Source: Nanobdellota archaeon
GTDB taxonomy: Archaea; Nanobdellota; Nanobdellia; Tiddalikarchaeales; Tiddalikarchaeaceae
Direction: 5' to 3'
Length of the DNA stretch: 64,000 nt
Assembly: GCA_016931175.1 (NCBI GenBank)
Contig: JAFGFH010000008.1
Coordinates: 18,477-82,476 of the forward strand
Positions 48,519 to 56,770 of this stretch are shown here, one piece after another (the stretch's first letter is position 1; every line of letters begins with the position of its first letter). The notes beneath the pieces are model-generated. The model was given only the letters and a program-made list of their open reading frames with translations. It was not told the origin of the DNA and did no database searches. The translations under genes and the position numbers were made by a program.

Positions 48519-48892
48519 TGGATCCAAAACCGAGTGATATAAGCGAATTAGATTTTTTCACGCGCCAAGTATTAGAACCTAAAGGTTTTGCTTTCATGTG
48601 GGTTTACAAACCCTTATGCCCTGATTGCAAGAATTCACGTTTGAAGAAGTTAAAGAAGAGAGATAAGGTTTACACGTGCGAGTCTTGCAAGAAGACTTTT
48701 GAAAAAGGAGATTACGGGGAACTGCTCGTTTACAACATCGAGTATACTTGCCCTAAGTGTGGAAAGCAAGGCACTGATTCAGGCAAGTGGAAGAAACCAA
48801 CCAGTAAGACTTCAACGGTTATGCAGAAGTTCGAGTGCAAGAACTGCGGGGAGAAACTTAAAGTGTCTCGTATGAGCAAGAAAAAGAAATAA
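48518..48892 (+). CDS. Double zinc-ribbon protein (four CxxC pairs), coupled to gatB
   Basis: CPDC...CESC and CPKC...CKNC. ATG overlaps the gatB stop (TAATG). Confidence 0.5.
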   Translation: MDPKPSDISELDFFTRQVLEPKGFAFMWVYKPLCPDCKNSRLKKLKKRDKVYTCESCKKTFEKGDYGELLVYNIEYTCPKCGKQGTDSGKWKKPTSKTSTVMQKFECKNCGEKLKVSRMSKKKK

Positions 48893-48931
48893 AGATAAGG
48901 TATTTAAACGCTCAACTCTTTTTCTATTACC

Positions 48932-49228
48932 ATGGTTACTGTATTTGGTATGATGCCTCAGGAATTGTTCTATATCAGCTTCAGCTTCTTAGTTTTCATA
49001 ATAACCATACTATCAATTGTTATAACCGTAGCTGTTATTATGGGAACAGTAATGGGAGTTAAGATTGGCAAGAGCATTAGTGAGAGCATAGAAGATGTTA
49101 AGAGAAAGGCTAGAAAGACTTTCAGAGTCTTTGACGTATTCCTTGACTTATTCGCCGGCAACGACGAGGAAGAGGAAGAAGAGTCAGATGACGAGGAAGT
49201 ATACGTCTTGAAAAAGAAGAAGAAATAA
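48932..49228 (+). CDS. Small membrane protein with poly-acidic C-terminal tail (98 aa)
   Basis: One or two TM helices, then a DEEEEEESDDEE tail. A T-rich tract follows (CCCTTTTTTTTTTC). Confidence 0.4.
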   Translation: MVTVFGMMPQELFYISFSFLVFIITILSIVITVAVIMGTVMGVKIGKSISESIEDVKRKARKTFRVFDVFLDLFAGNDEEEEEESDDEEVYVLKKKKK

Positions 49229-49295
49229 TACGCCCTTTTTTTTTCTATAACTTTTTTTTAAAATCTTAAATAAAAAACTTTTTAAAAGAAAAATA

Positions 49296-49898
49296 ATGAA
49301 TACTCTATCTAAAATGGAGTCTAACGTTGAAATTCCTACATTGGAAGAGATAATTGAACAAGTCGTTCAAGCATCTCTGCGAATTAATGTAAGTCCTGAA
49401 AGCAAAAACTTCGAATCCTATGTTGACTTAAACGGTTATTATAGTTTCTGCAAGAAAAAGATAAGAGCTTTTGCTGAAAACGTTTCAAATATTTTAGATA
49501 AAGGAGTTAATAATGTCATTAAATACCTTGATTTGACAAAGTATTTCTTAAGCTATTTTAATGACAAGGAAGGAATAAGATTGGTTAACAAGTACAGCAG
49601 ATTATTATACGATTTAACCAAGAACGAGTCCCAGATTAATGAATTAAATGTATTGGCTGTTTCAGCCACTGCAGGATTCTTTGAATTCTTGTCAGACTTG
49701 GCAGTAGTTAACATTACGGGATTGAAATCATTGAAGAGAAGCAGCGAGGTTGACATGGTTAACCATTACATAGTCCTTGACAACTTCATGCACTTAAACA
49801 TTAAAGGATTTAACGAGCAGGTGCCTAAAGATTTTGAAGAATTTATTCATGAAAAGATTGCTTACTTTGTTGTTAAAGCCTACACTTCACTTAAATAA
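49296..49898 (+). CDS. Hypothetical protein, paralog family A (200 aa)
   Basis: Shares the N-terminal motif LEEIIEQVVQASLRIN with the next ORF (LSEIITDTITSSLRIPN). Confidence 0.35.
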   Translation: MNTLSKMESNVEIPTLEEIIEQVVQASLRINVSPESKNFESYVDLNGYYSFCKKKIRAFAENVSNILDKGVNNVIKYLDLTKYFLSYFNDKEGIRLVNKYSRLLYDLTKNESQINELNVLAVSATAGFFEFLSDLAVVNITGLKSLKRSSEVDMVNHYIVLDNFMHLNIKGFNEQVPKDFEEFIHEKIAYFVVKAYTSLK

Positions 49899-49937
49899 TC
49901 AAAAGCTTTAAAACCAGAATTGTTTAGTATTTAAATT

Positions 49938-50627
49938 ATGAGTTTTGAACCTTTAGAGCACCCGGAACCAAGGTCTTTATCAGAGATAATTACAGACACT
50001 ATCACTTCAAGCCTTAGGATTCCAAACCCTTTGGAACCATTATATTACAAAGACATGCTTAAATTAGGAAATATTGAAAACATTTACTACATCTACTCGA
50101 GCATTAAAAGCTTGAATAATAGTATACAATACTTGTTTAGGTCTTACGATAAGGATTTTCCAATAGAGTCTAAGAAAATAATATTTAATGAGTATAAATA
50201 TTTCCTTTCAAGCAAGTTTAAAGACCTTAATCTTAAAGAGAATCTTTTGTCACTAATAGATGATTCCTGGAAAAATTATACAAATATGCAAGAGATTGGT
50301 ATTGGAGAATCAGAACTATTTGAAATATTAGTAACCACTCCTCTTCTGAATTATTTAACTGTATTATCAGAGGACCAGAAGGAAAAGTTTGAGAAAGCAG
50401 TAATGTCAGAGCCTAAGAGGTGCAAATTAAGAGATAAAAGCATATTCCTGCTTACACTATACGAGTTCTGCTATATAGAGAATAATTACACATCTAATGA
50501 TGTTTTCAAGCAGTTCATAATAGACCAAACTTATGATTTAATAACAGAACTTCTCGAATCAGGAGTTATGAAAGTAAACGATGACCCCTTGCCAGAACAT
50601 GTATCAAAACCTTTAAAACAAGAATAA
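49938..50627 (+). CDS. Hypothetical protein, paralog family A (229 aa)
   Basis: See the previous entry. Tandem paralog. Confidence 0.35.
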   Translation: MSFEPLEHPEPRSLSEIITDTITSSLRIPNPLEPLYYKDMLKLGNIENIYYIYSSIKSLNNSIQYLFRSYDKDFPIESKKIIFNEYKYFLSSKFKDLNLKENLLSLIDDSWKNYTNMQEIGIGESELFEILVTTPLLNYLTVLSEDQKEKFEKAVMSEPKRCKLRDKSIFLLTLYEFCYIENNYTSNDVFKQFIIDQTYDLITELLESGVMKVNDDPLPEHVSKPLKQE

Positions 50628-50645
50628 TTTAGCTTTTTCTTCATA

Positions 50646-51206
50646 ATGAGTGAACAGGAAGCTCTTGAATTAAAGAAATACGTTCGTGCCAACTTAGAGG
50701 TTTTTCTATTACTCAAACAGTCTAACAGCGCTAATGATGTATTCATTGACACTAAAAAGTTTTCTAAACAAATCAGTTACAAACTTGAAGTTTTAACTCA
50801 TGAGATAATTGAAGATTCTAATGATTATGACTCATTAATGAATTATTATTTAGACAAGTGCAGCAAGAATATTGAGGACAAGATAAGAAGTGGTTTTGAA
50901 AAGCAGAGGGAAGGAGTTATGATGGTTGAGGATATTGATTTAGGTAAAGAAGCAATTTTTAGCATGGTTACTGGGAATTACTTAAACCTCTTGGGCAGCA
51001 ATTCAATTAGTAAGCTAGGATTCTCTGATAATTATGTAATCGGCTACTTTAATCTTTGGAACTTCTGCAATATAAAGAATAACAGGTTCAAATCCTTTCT
51101 GGTTACGAAGATTTATAAAAGAATTAAAGAGCTGAAAAAAGAAAATCCAGACAATCAAGTCTTTAACAATCTTAACAAGAAAAAATTAGCTCTACTTTTT
51201 AATTAA
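50646..51206 (+). CDS. Hypothetical protein (186 aa)
   Basis: ORF only. Same strand and tight spacing with the two paralogs. Confidence 0.35.
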   Translation: MSEQEALELKKYVRANLEVFLLLKQSNSANDVFIDTKKFSKQISYKLEVLTHEIIEDSNDYDSLMNYYLDKCSKNIEDKIRSGFEKQREGVMMVEDIDLGKEAIFSMVTGNYLNLLGSNSISKLGFSDNYVIGYFNLWNFCNIKNNRFKSFLVTKIYKRIKELKKENPDNQVFNNLNKKKLALLFN

Positions 51207-52021
51207 AATATTAAATCTCCGCGGAGTTTTTTAAGCTCTTTCTTCATAGACTCGCTTAATTCTGAAAATATTGTTTTAACACCCTTTCCTTTTACAACAT
51301 CATCAAGTCCTTTAATTAATTCCTGCTTCTGTTTATCTGCAATCAATTTCTCATAATCTCTTTTAATCTCTAATGCTTTCTTTCTAATCTTGGTGTAGAA
51401 CTCCTTGCTCTCTTCAGGGTAAGACTTCCTGGGAATAAAGTATTCTTTATAGAAACACATCATTGCTTTAACTAGAACTTCATCAAACTGGTTATAAAAA
51501 TTCTGGTTCTCTTCCTCAACCAAATCAATATACTTTAATTCTTCAAAAGATAATGCTTTTCTTGATAAGAAATCTGAATCATCCGCGCTTGACTCGTTTG
51601 TAAAAAACTGCAGAGCCCGGTCAGATGCGAAGAATCTTAAAAAACTTGAATACATCCGCTTGTAATCATCCAAGAAGCCATTATTTAATGCATACCCTCC
51701 AAAGAACTTTGTTAATCTATGTTTTTGATTAAATTCAGTTATTTCTGATGCGAATCCCTTCTTGCTATTATCAATCTCTCTAAGCAGACTATTTAATGAA
51801 TAATTCTTTACTTTGTCAAAGTATTCCCTTGAATTAGCAACCCATACTTCTTTTAGGAATAAATCATCAAATTCTAAGATCTCTTTCTCAAGAACGTAAA
51901 TATCCTCCAGTTTAGTTTGTTTTGGAAGAAAACCCGCGCGCGGCATTTGACCATTAATTCTTGGCGAATTGCCCAATAAACTAGCAGTAAAGATACCAGA
52001 ACGTAAACTGTTGCCTAACAT
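51203..52021 (-). CDS. Hypothetical protein (272 aa)
   Basis: ORF only. Convergent with the preceding block. Confidence 0.35.
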   Translation of the reverse strand: MLGNSLRSGIFTASLLGNSPRINGQMPRAGFLPKQTKLEDIYVLEKEILEFDDLFLKEVWVANSREYFDKVKNYSLNSLLREIDNSKKGFASEITEFNQKHRLTKFFGGYALNNGFLDDYKRMYSSFLRFFASDRALQFFTNESSADDSDFLSRKALSFEELKYIDLVEEENQNFYNQFDEVLVKAMMCFYKEYFIPRKSYPEESKEFYTKIRKKALEIKRDYEKLIADKQKQELIKGLDDVVKGKGVKTIFSELSESMKKELKKLRGDLIF

Positions 52022-52056
52022 TAAAGTATTAGAAAAAAACCGTTTTTAATAAAGTT

Positions 52057-52140
52057 TGCGGGGGACGAGATTCGAACTCGCGTAGGCACTAAGCCAACGG
52101 GGCCTAAACCCGTTCCGTTTGACCGCTCCGGCACCCCCGC
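52057..52140 (-). tRNA. tRNA-Leu (anticodon UAG)
   Basis: Minus-strand sequence GCGGGGG...ACGGG UUUAGGC CCCGU + long variable arm (UGGCUUAGUGCCUAC) + GCGAG TTCGAAT CTCGT CCCCCGC A. 84 nt, type II tRNA. Confidence 0.8.
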
Positions 52141-52218
52141 AAGGAAAATAAGGACTTTATTCATTTTTAATTGTTTTCATAAGGCTTTTAAACAGGATAC
52201 TTTTCAGAAAATACTATT

Positions 52219-53172
52219 ATGAGTTTTGAAGCATTATACGCGAAACTTGGCAAAAAAGACAGAGAATACTATTTTACTAAAGGAGTCTTAAGAGTTAATC
52301 CTAAAAACATTGAAGTGCCTCCAGTATTAGCACTGCACTTAAACAGGGTTTGCTACAACAAGTGTGAGCGCTGCAGCCTTCCAAGCAATGGTGAAGAGCT
52401 TAACTACTTGCCTGCAATAAAATACTTGGATTACTGCAATGATTACTTCATGCTCAGCGGGGGGGAACCGCTTCTAAGCAAGGACTTCAAAGATGTTCTT
52501 AATGCTTACAAGATAAGTAAAAAAAGAGGCACTTTCCAGGTCTTAACAGGAGGATTGAATCCGAATGTTAATGAAACAGTTAAAGAATTATACGCCAATA
52601 ATCTTGAAGCCTTGTTTAGTTTCCAGAACAGTGGCAATTATTTAGCGCTCATTATTTACTCCTTCTTTGAAGGAGTAGAGCCGGAAAAGAGACTTACAGA
52701 CTTTCTTGAATTATACAAGTCAATAAATAAGAATTACAAGCAAAGGATTGGTTTAGAGTTCTGCGTCGTCTCTGACAATGATGAGGAAGCTGTTAATAAA
52801 GCTAATTTCGTAAGCAAGAATTTCCATAAAATATTAGGAATTAAACTTACTAAGGATTTATTATTCTTTGACAATGTATACTCTAATGGTAGAACGGGAG
52901 AAGTAATTTTTGACTCTGAATGCGACTTATTCAATGCAATCATTGTATCAAGCAATGGATTAGTAAGGCCTTGCTGCAGCAATGTTGAGAGAGGAGAATA
53001 CTTGCCTCCAGCAGGCAGGACAGGGGAAGAGTTTATTCCATTAAGGGATAAGTTATACGCTTATTACGGTTTAATACAAGAGTTTCAGGAAGAATCAGGC
53101 AGTAATAAGTGCGTTAACTGCATTAATAAACTGCCTGCTTATTTGATTAATAAATTGGAGGGTTTAAAGTGA
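52219..53172 (+). CDS. Radical SAM domain protein with C-terminal Cys-rich (SPASM/twitch-like) region, paralog 1
   Basis: CX3CX2C (CYNKCERC) about 45 aa from the N-terminus. SGGEPLL glycine-rich SAM motif. C-terminal Cys at C..CC...C..C. Confidence 0.6.
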   Translation: MSFEALYAKLGKKDREYYFTKGVLRVNPKNIEVPPVLALHLNRVCYNKCERCSLPSNGEELNYLPAIKYLDYCNDYFMLSGGEPLLSKDFKDVLNAYKISKKRGTFQVLTGGLNPNVNETVKELYANNLEALFSFQNSGNYLALIIYSFFEGVEPEKRLTDFLELYKSINKNYKQRIGLEFCVVSDNDEEAVNKANFVSKNFHKILGIKLTKDLLFFDNVYSNGRTGEVIFDSECDLFNAIIVSSNGLVRPCCSNVERGEYLPPAGRTGEEFIPLRDKLYAYYGLIQEFQEESGSNKCVNCINKLPAYLINKLEGLK

Positions 53173-54206
53173 TAGATTTTAATCTATTATATGAGAGAGT
53201 TAAAGCTAACAAGGAAGCTCACGCTTACTTAACTGCTTTGAGTGGTGAATTAATTGAGTATATTATAAGGAATGAAGAGCTTAAGAGGCTTAAAACGAAC
53301 GATTTCGATAAATCTCCCGGACTCGGACTTCAGCTTACAAGGACTTGTTTTAATAACTGCAGAAACTGCTGTTCACCAACAACAGGGGAATACATGGATT
53401 TGAACCAAGTATATCCTCTTCTGGATAAAGTCAGTGTCTTAACGCTTTACGGCGGAGAAGCATTACTGCATCCTGAATTTAAAACATTACTGGACAATTA
53501 CGTTTCTTCAAACAATTCACCTAAGAGCATAGTCTTATTCACGGGCGGGCTTAATCCTAAAGCAGACAGGGACGTTAAAGAGGTTTATTATAATAATTTG
53601 GAGGATTTAGTTAGAACATCTAATCTTGCAGATTCTACTGTGTTGAAAATATCATACAACAGCGGCAGCAATCTGAATTCGAGAATCTTAGGTTTCTTAA
53701 TGAAGTACGCAGAGTACAGCAAGAAGTATACTGCTAGAAATATTGGTGCCATGCTTAGAATAATCTACGAGGATGAGAAAGACTTTGAATCTAAAAAGAA
53801 ATCCTTCCGTGAAGCTTTTGAGAAACACGGTTTGCCTGTTAGTGTAGCAGAACACTTCTTGAAAACAGTGCAGAAAGGAAAATTGTTAAAGCTTAACAGT
53901 GAAAACAATTTCAATTACACTACTAAGTGCCATATCAGCAATGACTTGTTCTTCAACGTTAACGGCTGCTTAAGTCCTTGCTTCTCAGTTCATAATGATT
54001 TGAAGCCTTTGCCTGCAATAGCGCACGCGTCCGAACCTTTTGAGACGATAATGGACAAGAGGAATATTTTCTGGGGTTTTATCCGCATTCTAAACAGGAG
54101 ATTTGACAGCTGCGTTGCGTGCGTAGAAGATGTTCCGAAAGCTTTGCAGACACTAATGGACAAGCCTTCTCTTATTGATGATATTACCTGGAAGGATGAA
54201 GAGTAA
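53169..54206 (+). CDS. Radical SAM domain protein with C-terminal Cys-rich (SPASM/twitch-like) region, paralog 2
   Basis: CX3CX2C (CFNNCRNC), YGGEALL, shared TGGLNP and VKE.Y.NNLE blocks with paralog 1. C-terminal C...C..C......C..C. 4-nt overlap with paralog 1. Confidence 0.6.
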   Translation: MIDFNLLYERVKANKEAHAYLTALSGELIEYIIRNEELKRLKTNDFDKSPGLGLQLTRTCFNNCRNCCSPTTGEYMDLNQVYPLLDKVSVLTLYGGEALLHPEFKTLLDNYVSSNNSPKSIVLFTGGLNPKADRDVKEVYYNNLEDLVRTSNLADSTVLKISYNSGSNLNSRILGFLMKYAEYSKKYTARNIGAMLRIIYEDEKDFESKKKSFREAFEKHGLPVSVAEHFLKTVQKGKLLKLNSENNFNYTTKCHISNDLFFNVNGCLSPCFSVHNDLKPLPAIAHASEPFETIMDKRNIFWGFIRILNRRFDSCVACVEDVPKALQTLMDKPSLIDDITWKDEE

Positions 54207-54227
54207 TTTTTAAAAAACCATAAATCA

Positions 54228-54626
54228 CTATGATTTTTTTCTTTTAAGACCAATAATTCGGCTTAGAAGAATTAAAAAAACAATGCTCGTTAAAAGTGTT
54301 GTTAAATTATTTAAAAATTGTAAGAAAAAGAGTAGAAAAAATAAAAACATAATCATGCATAGAAACAAAACCAGTAAAAAGATGAATTTATTACTCTCTT
54401 TTTTAATAATCATACTTCTTCCACTTTTAGGTTTAACTCTCAACTCTCCGTATAAGATTGCATTGATTAGAAACTTTAAAATCCCGAACGAGATAAAACC
54501 CAAGAACAAACCAGACACTAAATTAAAAAACACACTGTCATTTCCTTCGATTAAAAAAATCATTGCGCTAATACTTAGTACTAAGATAAGTATCTTAATT
54601 ACTGCAGAGTTATACCACTTCTTCAT
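54228..54626 (-). CDS. Small polytopic membrane protein (132 aa)
   Basis: About 4 hydrophobic helices. Very AT-rich region with an overlapping plus-strand ORF, so the strand is uncertain. Confidence 0.3.
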   Translation of the reverse strand: MKKWYNSAVIKILILVLSISAMIFLIEGNDSVFFNLVSGLFLGFISFGILKFLINAILYGELRVKPKSGRSMIIKKESNKFIFLLVLFLCMIMFLFFLLFFLQFLNNLTTLLTSIVFLILLSRIIGLKRKKS

Positions 54627-54767
54627 ATAATAAAAAAATATTATTTTATTATTCTTTAATCTTTAGTTTTATCAAGTAGTGAATAGAACTATTTGCATTG
54701 CTTAAGAAATCAAACCTGTTAAGACGAGTTAATTTTAAAAAAGAAAGACATTCTAATATATCTTATT

Positions 54768-54839
54768 GCTTCAGTAGCTCAGCGGTAGAGCGCATGCCTA
54801 GTAAGCATGAGGTCGGGAGTTCAAATCTCCCCTGAAGCT
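54768..54839 (+). tRNA. tRNA-Thr with apparent anticodon AGU (A34)
   Basis: GCTTCAG TA GCTC AGCGGTA GAGC G CATGC CUAGUAA GCATG AGGTC GGGAG TTCAAAT CTCCC CTGAAGC T. Clean cloverleaf with G1-C72, C2-G71, G35 and U36 consistent with Thr identity. Position 34 reads A. Confidence 0.65.
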
Positions 54840-55755
54840 AACTTACTTGTTTTAAGAGCATTAGTATTACTTCCTTATTAGTCTGCCCGCCGTAATTAGT
54901 TCTTAACTTGTTGCCAAACTTGAAATGGTTCTCAACAATTCTTAATATAAACTCTATACTTAACAGTCTTAGTTTCAGCCACTCATTCTTGTCTAGTTTT
55001 AATAACTTCTTAACCAGTTTCTCATACCTGCTTTTGTAAGTTACAAAGTATAATATGACGTAAGCTCTTAAAGGGTCTCCTGAGAAGCAGCCGTCAAAAT
55101 CTATTAATCCTGCAAACTTTTTGTCCTTAACAATTATGTTGCCGAAGTTCAAGTCCTGAAAGACTAGTTTCGGATTCTTGTAATCAAAGACTTCGCTGTT
55201 CTTATAAAATACTTCATTAATCTTGTTAATAATCTTAAGAGGCAAGAATTTTTTCTTCTTAATCATTAAAAGAGAATTTGACAGGTTTGAGAAGACTTCC
55301 CTGGCTTCAGAATCTGCCCAGCCTTTAGGGTAATCTTTCATCCAGCCGTAACCTTGAGTTTTAATCTTTGAAATCTTCATTGCAGTCTTTATTGCTTTTT
55401 TAAGAATATTCTCTGCTTCTTTCAGTGTAAGCTTATTACTTTCCAATTCTTTCATCAAACTATTGCCTTGAACCTTTTCAAGTATCATGTAATTCTTCTT
55501 AATTAATCTCTTGGAAGTGTCGCAGATTAGCACTTTGTTTGATATTATTTTTCTATCATATAATTCACTCATTACTTCGCTTGCTCTCTTAACAGTGTCA
55601 AACCAGGGAGGCTCGATTCTTAAAATATAATCTGCTTTACTCGTTTGAACCTCAAAGACTTCATTAACCATGCCTTCCGTGAGCTTAACTATTTTAACAG
55701 GAGTAATCATTAACCTCTTGTAGAATAATTGCTTAACTTTGCTTAAACTAGTCAT
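54838..55755 (-). CDS. Protein kinase-like phosphotransferase (APH/choline kinase family)
   Basis: Catalytic loop VFQDLNFGNIIV (H/QxDxxxxN) and a metal-binding LIDFDG (DFG-like) motif. Confidence 0.55.
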   Translation of the reverse strand: MTSLSKVKQLFYKRLMITPVKIVKLTEGMVNEVFEVQTSKADYILRIEPPWFDTVKRASEVMSELYDRKIISNKVLICDTSKRLIKKNYMILEKVQGNSLMKELESNKLTLKEAENILKKAIKTAMKISKIKTQGYGWMKDYPKGWADSEAREVFSNLSNSLLMIKKKKFLPLKIINKINEVFYKNSEVFDYKNPKLVFQDLNFGNIIVKDKKFAGLIDFDGCFSGDPLRAYVILYFVTYKSRYEKLVKKLLKLDKNEWLKLRLLSIEFILRIVENHFKFGNKLRTNYGGQTNKEVILMLLKQVS

Positions 55756-55770
55756 GTAATAAGATAACCA

Positions 55771-56352
55771 CTAGCTGGTTATAAGCTTTAGCAGAGCTTC
55801 GTAATCCATTTTATGCTTTACTAAGTAGTTGAATAGTTTCTTCTTCCTTTCCTCTGCTGCTTTGAGCATGCCATACTTCTTGAAGAGGCTTGCACTGTCT
55901 TTGCTCTGAACCTTGGTGCAGTCTTTCTTCTTTATGAACTCTTTTCTGAAACCGTCAGCGAAAGCCAATATTCTTGCCTCATCACTGTCAGGAACTAGAC
56001 TGACTCCTTTCTTGTAGCCCCACTTTTTGCTCTCAGCTACTGTGAGTCCAAAAGAGTTATGCTTGCTTGCAACATCAGCAATCTTAGAGTATCCTTCCTT
56101 GATTAAGAAATCCCTTGTCTTCAAGTGGTGGCCCCAGTAACTGTCAAAGTCGTCCTTGTAATCCCCTCCCCTGTAATAAGCAGTTCCTAAGTCATGCAAA
56201 AGCGCTGCAGCAGCCAATAATTGCTTGTCAACCTTTAAATTAACCATTTCAGCAATTATTAAACTAAGCTTGGCTACCTGCCTCATGTGAAGTATTTTAT
56301 CCTTTGTAACGTTATACTTCTTATACAATTTATCAACGGTTTCCTGGTCCAT
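55771..56352 (-). CDS. HD domain phosphohydrolase
   Basis: H...AALLHDLG HD motif. 193 aa. Confidence 0.6.
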   Translation of the reverse strand: MDQETVDKLYKKYNVTKDKILHMRQVAKLSLIIAEMVNLKVDKQLLAAAALLHDLGTAYYRGGDYKDDFDSYWGHHLKTRDFLIKEGYSKIADVASKHNSFGLTVAESKKWGYKKGVSLVPDSDEARILAFADGFRKEFIKKKDCTKVQSKDSASLFKKYGMLKAAEERKKKLFNYLVKHKMDYEALLKLITS

Positions 56353-56404
56353 AATAATGACTAATAATTAAGTTTAATAAGTTTAAAAGATTTATTATAC
56401 TATT

Positions 56405-56770
56405 ATGAATATTGCAATTCTTGGTGCCAGCAATGACAAGAAGCGCATGAGCAACAAGGCAGTAAGAGCTTACAAGAAAAACAAGCATAAAGTCTACCCT
56501 GTTAACCCCAAGTATAACACTATTGAAAAACTCAGGTGTTACAGGAAACTGTCAGATATTCCCGAAACAGTTGACACTATTAGCGTGTACGTTAACCCCG
56601 AGCTAGGCTTACAGTTAGCTAATGAGATAATACTCAAGAAGCCGGAAAAAGTAATACTTAACCCTGGAAGCGAGAATGACGAATTAATTAAGAAGCTTAA
56701 GAGTGCAGGCTTAACCGTTCAATTGATTTGCAGCATACAAGCCTTGGGAGAAGACCCGAAGAATTACTGA
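56405..56770 (+). CDS. CoA-binding domain protein
   Basis: IAILGAS.D..R.S.....Y.......V.PVNP pattern (COG1832-like). Confidence 0.6.
   Translation: MNIAILGASNDKKRMSNKAVRAYKKNKHKVYPVNPKYNTIEKLRCYRKLSDIPETVDTISVYVNPELGLQLANEIILKKPEKVILNPGSENDELIKKLKSAGLTVQLICSIQALGEDPKNY

Noticed and set aside
54283-54630. Plus-strand 115-aa ORF overlapping the minus-strand 132-aa membrane-protein ORF.
   Set aside because: In this very AT-rich stretch both strands stay open. The minus-strand product has a coherent four-helix membrane topology, while the plus-strand product is mostly Lys/Asn/Ile low-complexity. Only the minus-strand ORF was kept, at low confidence.
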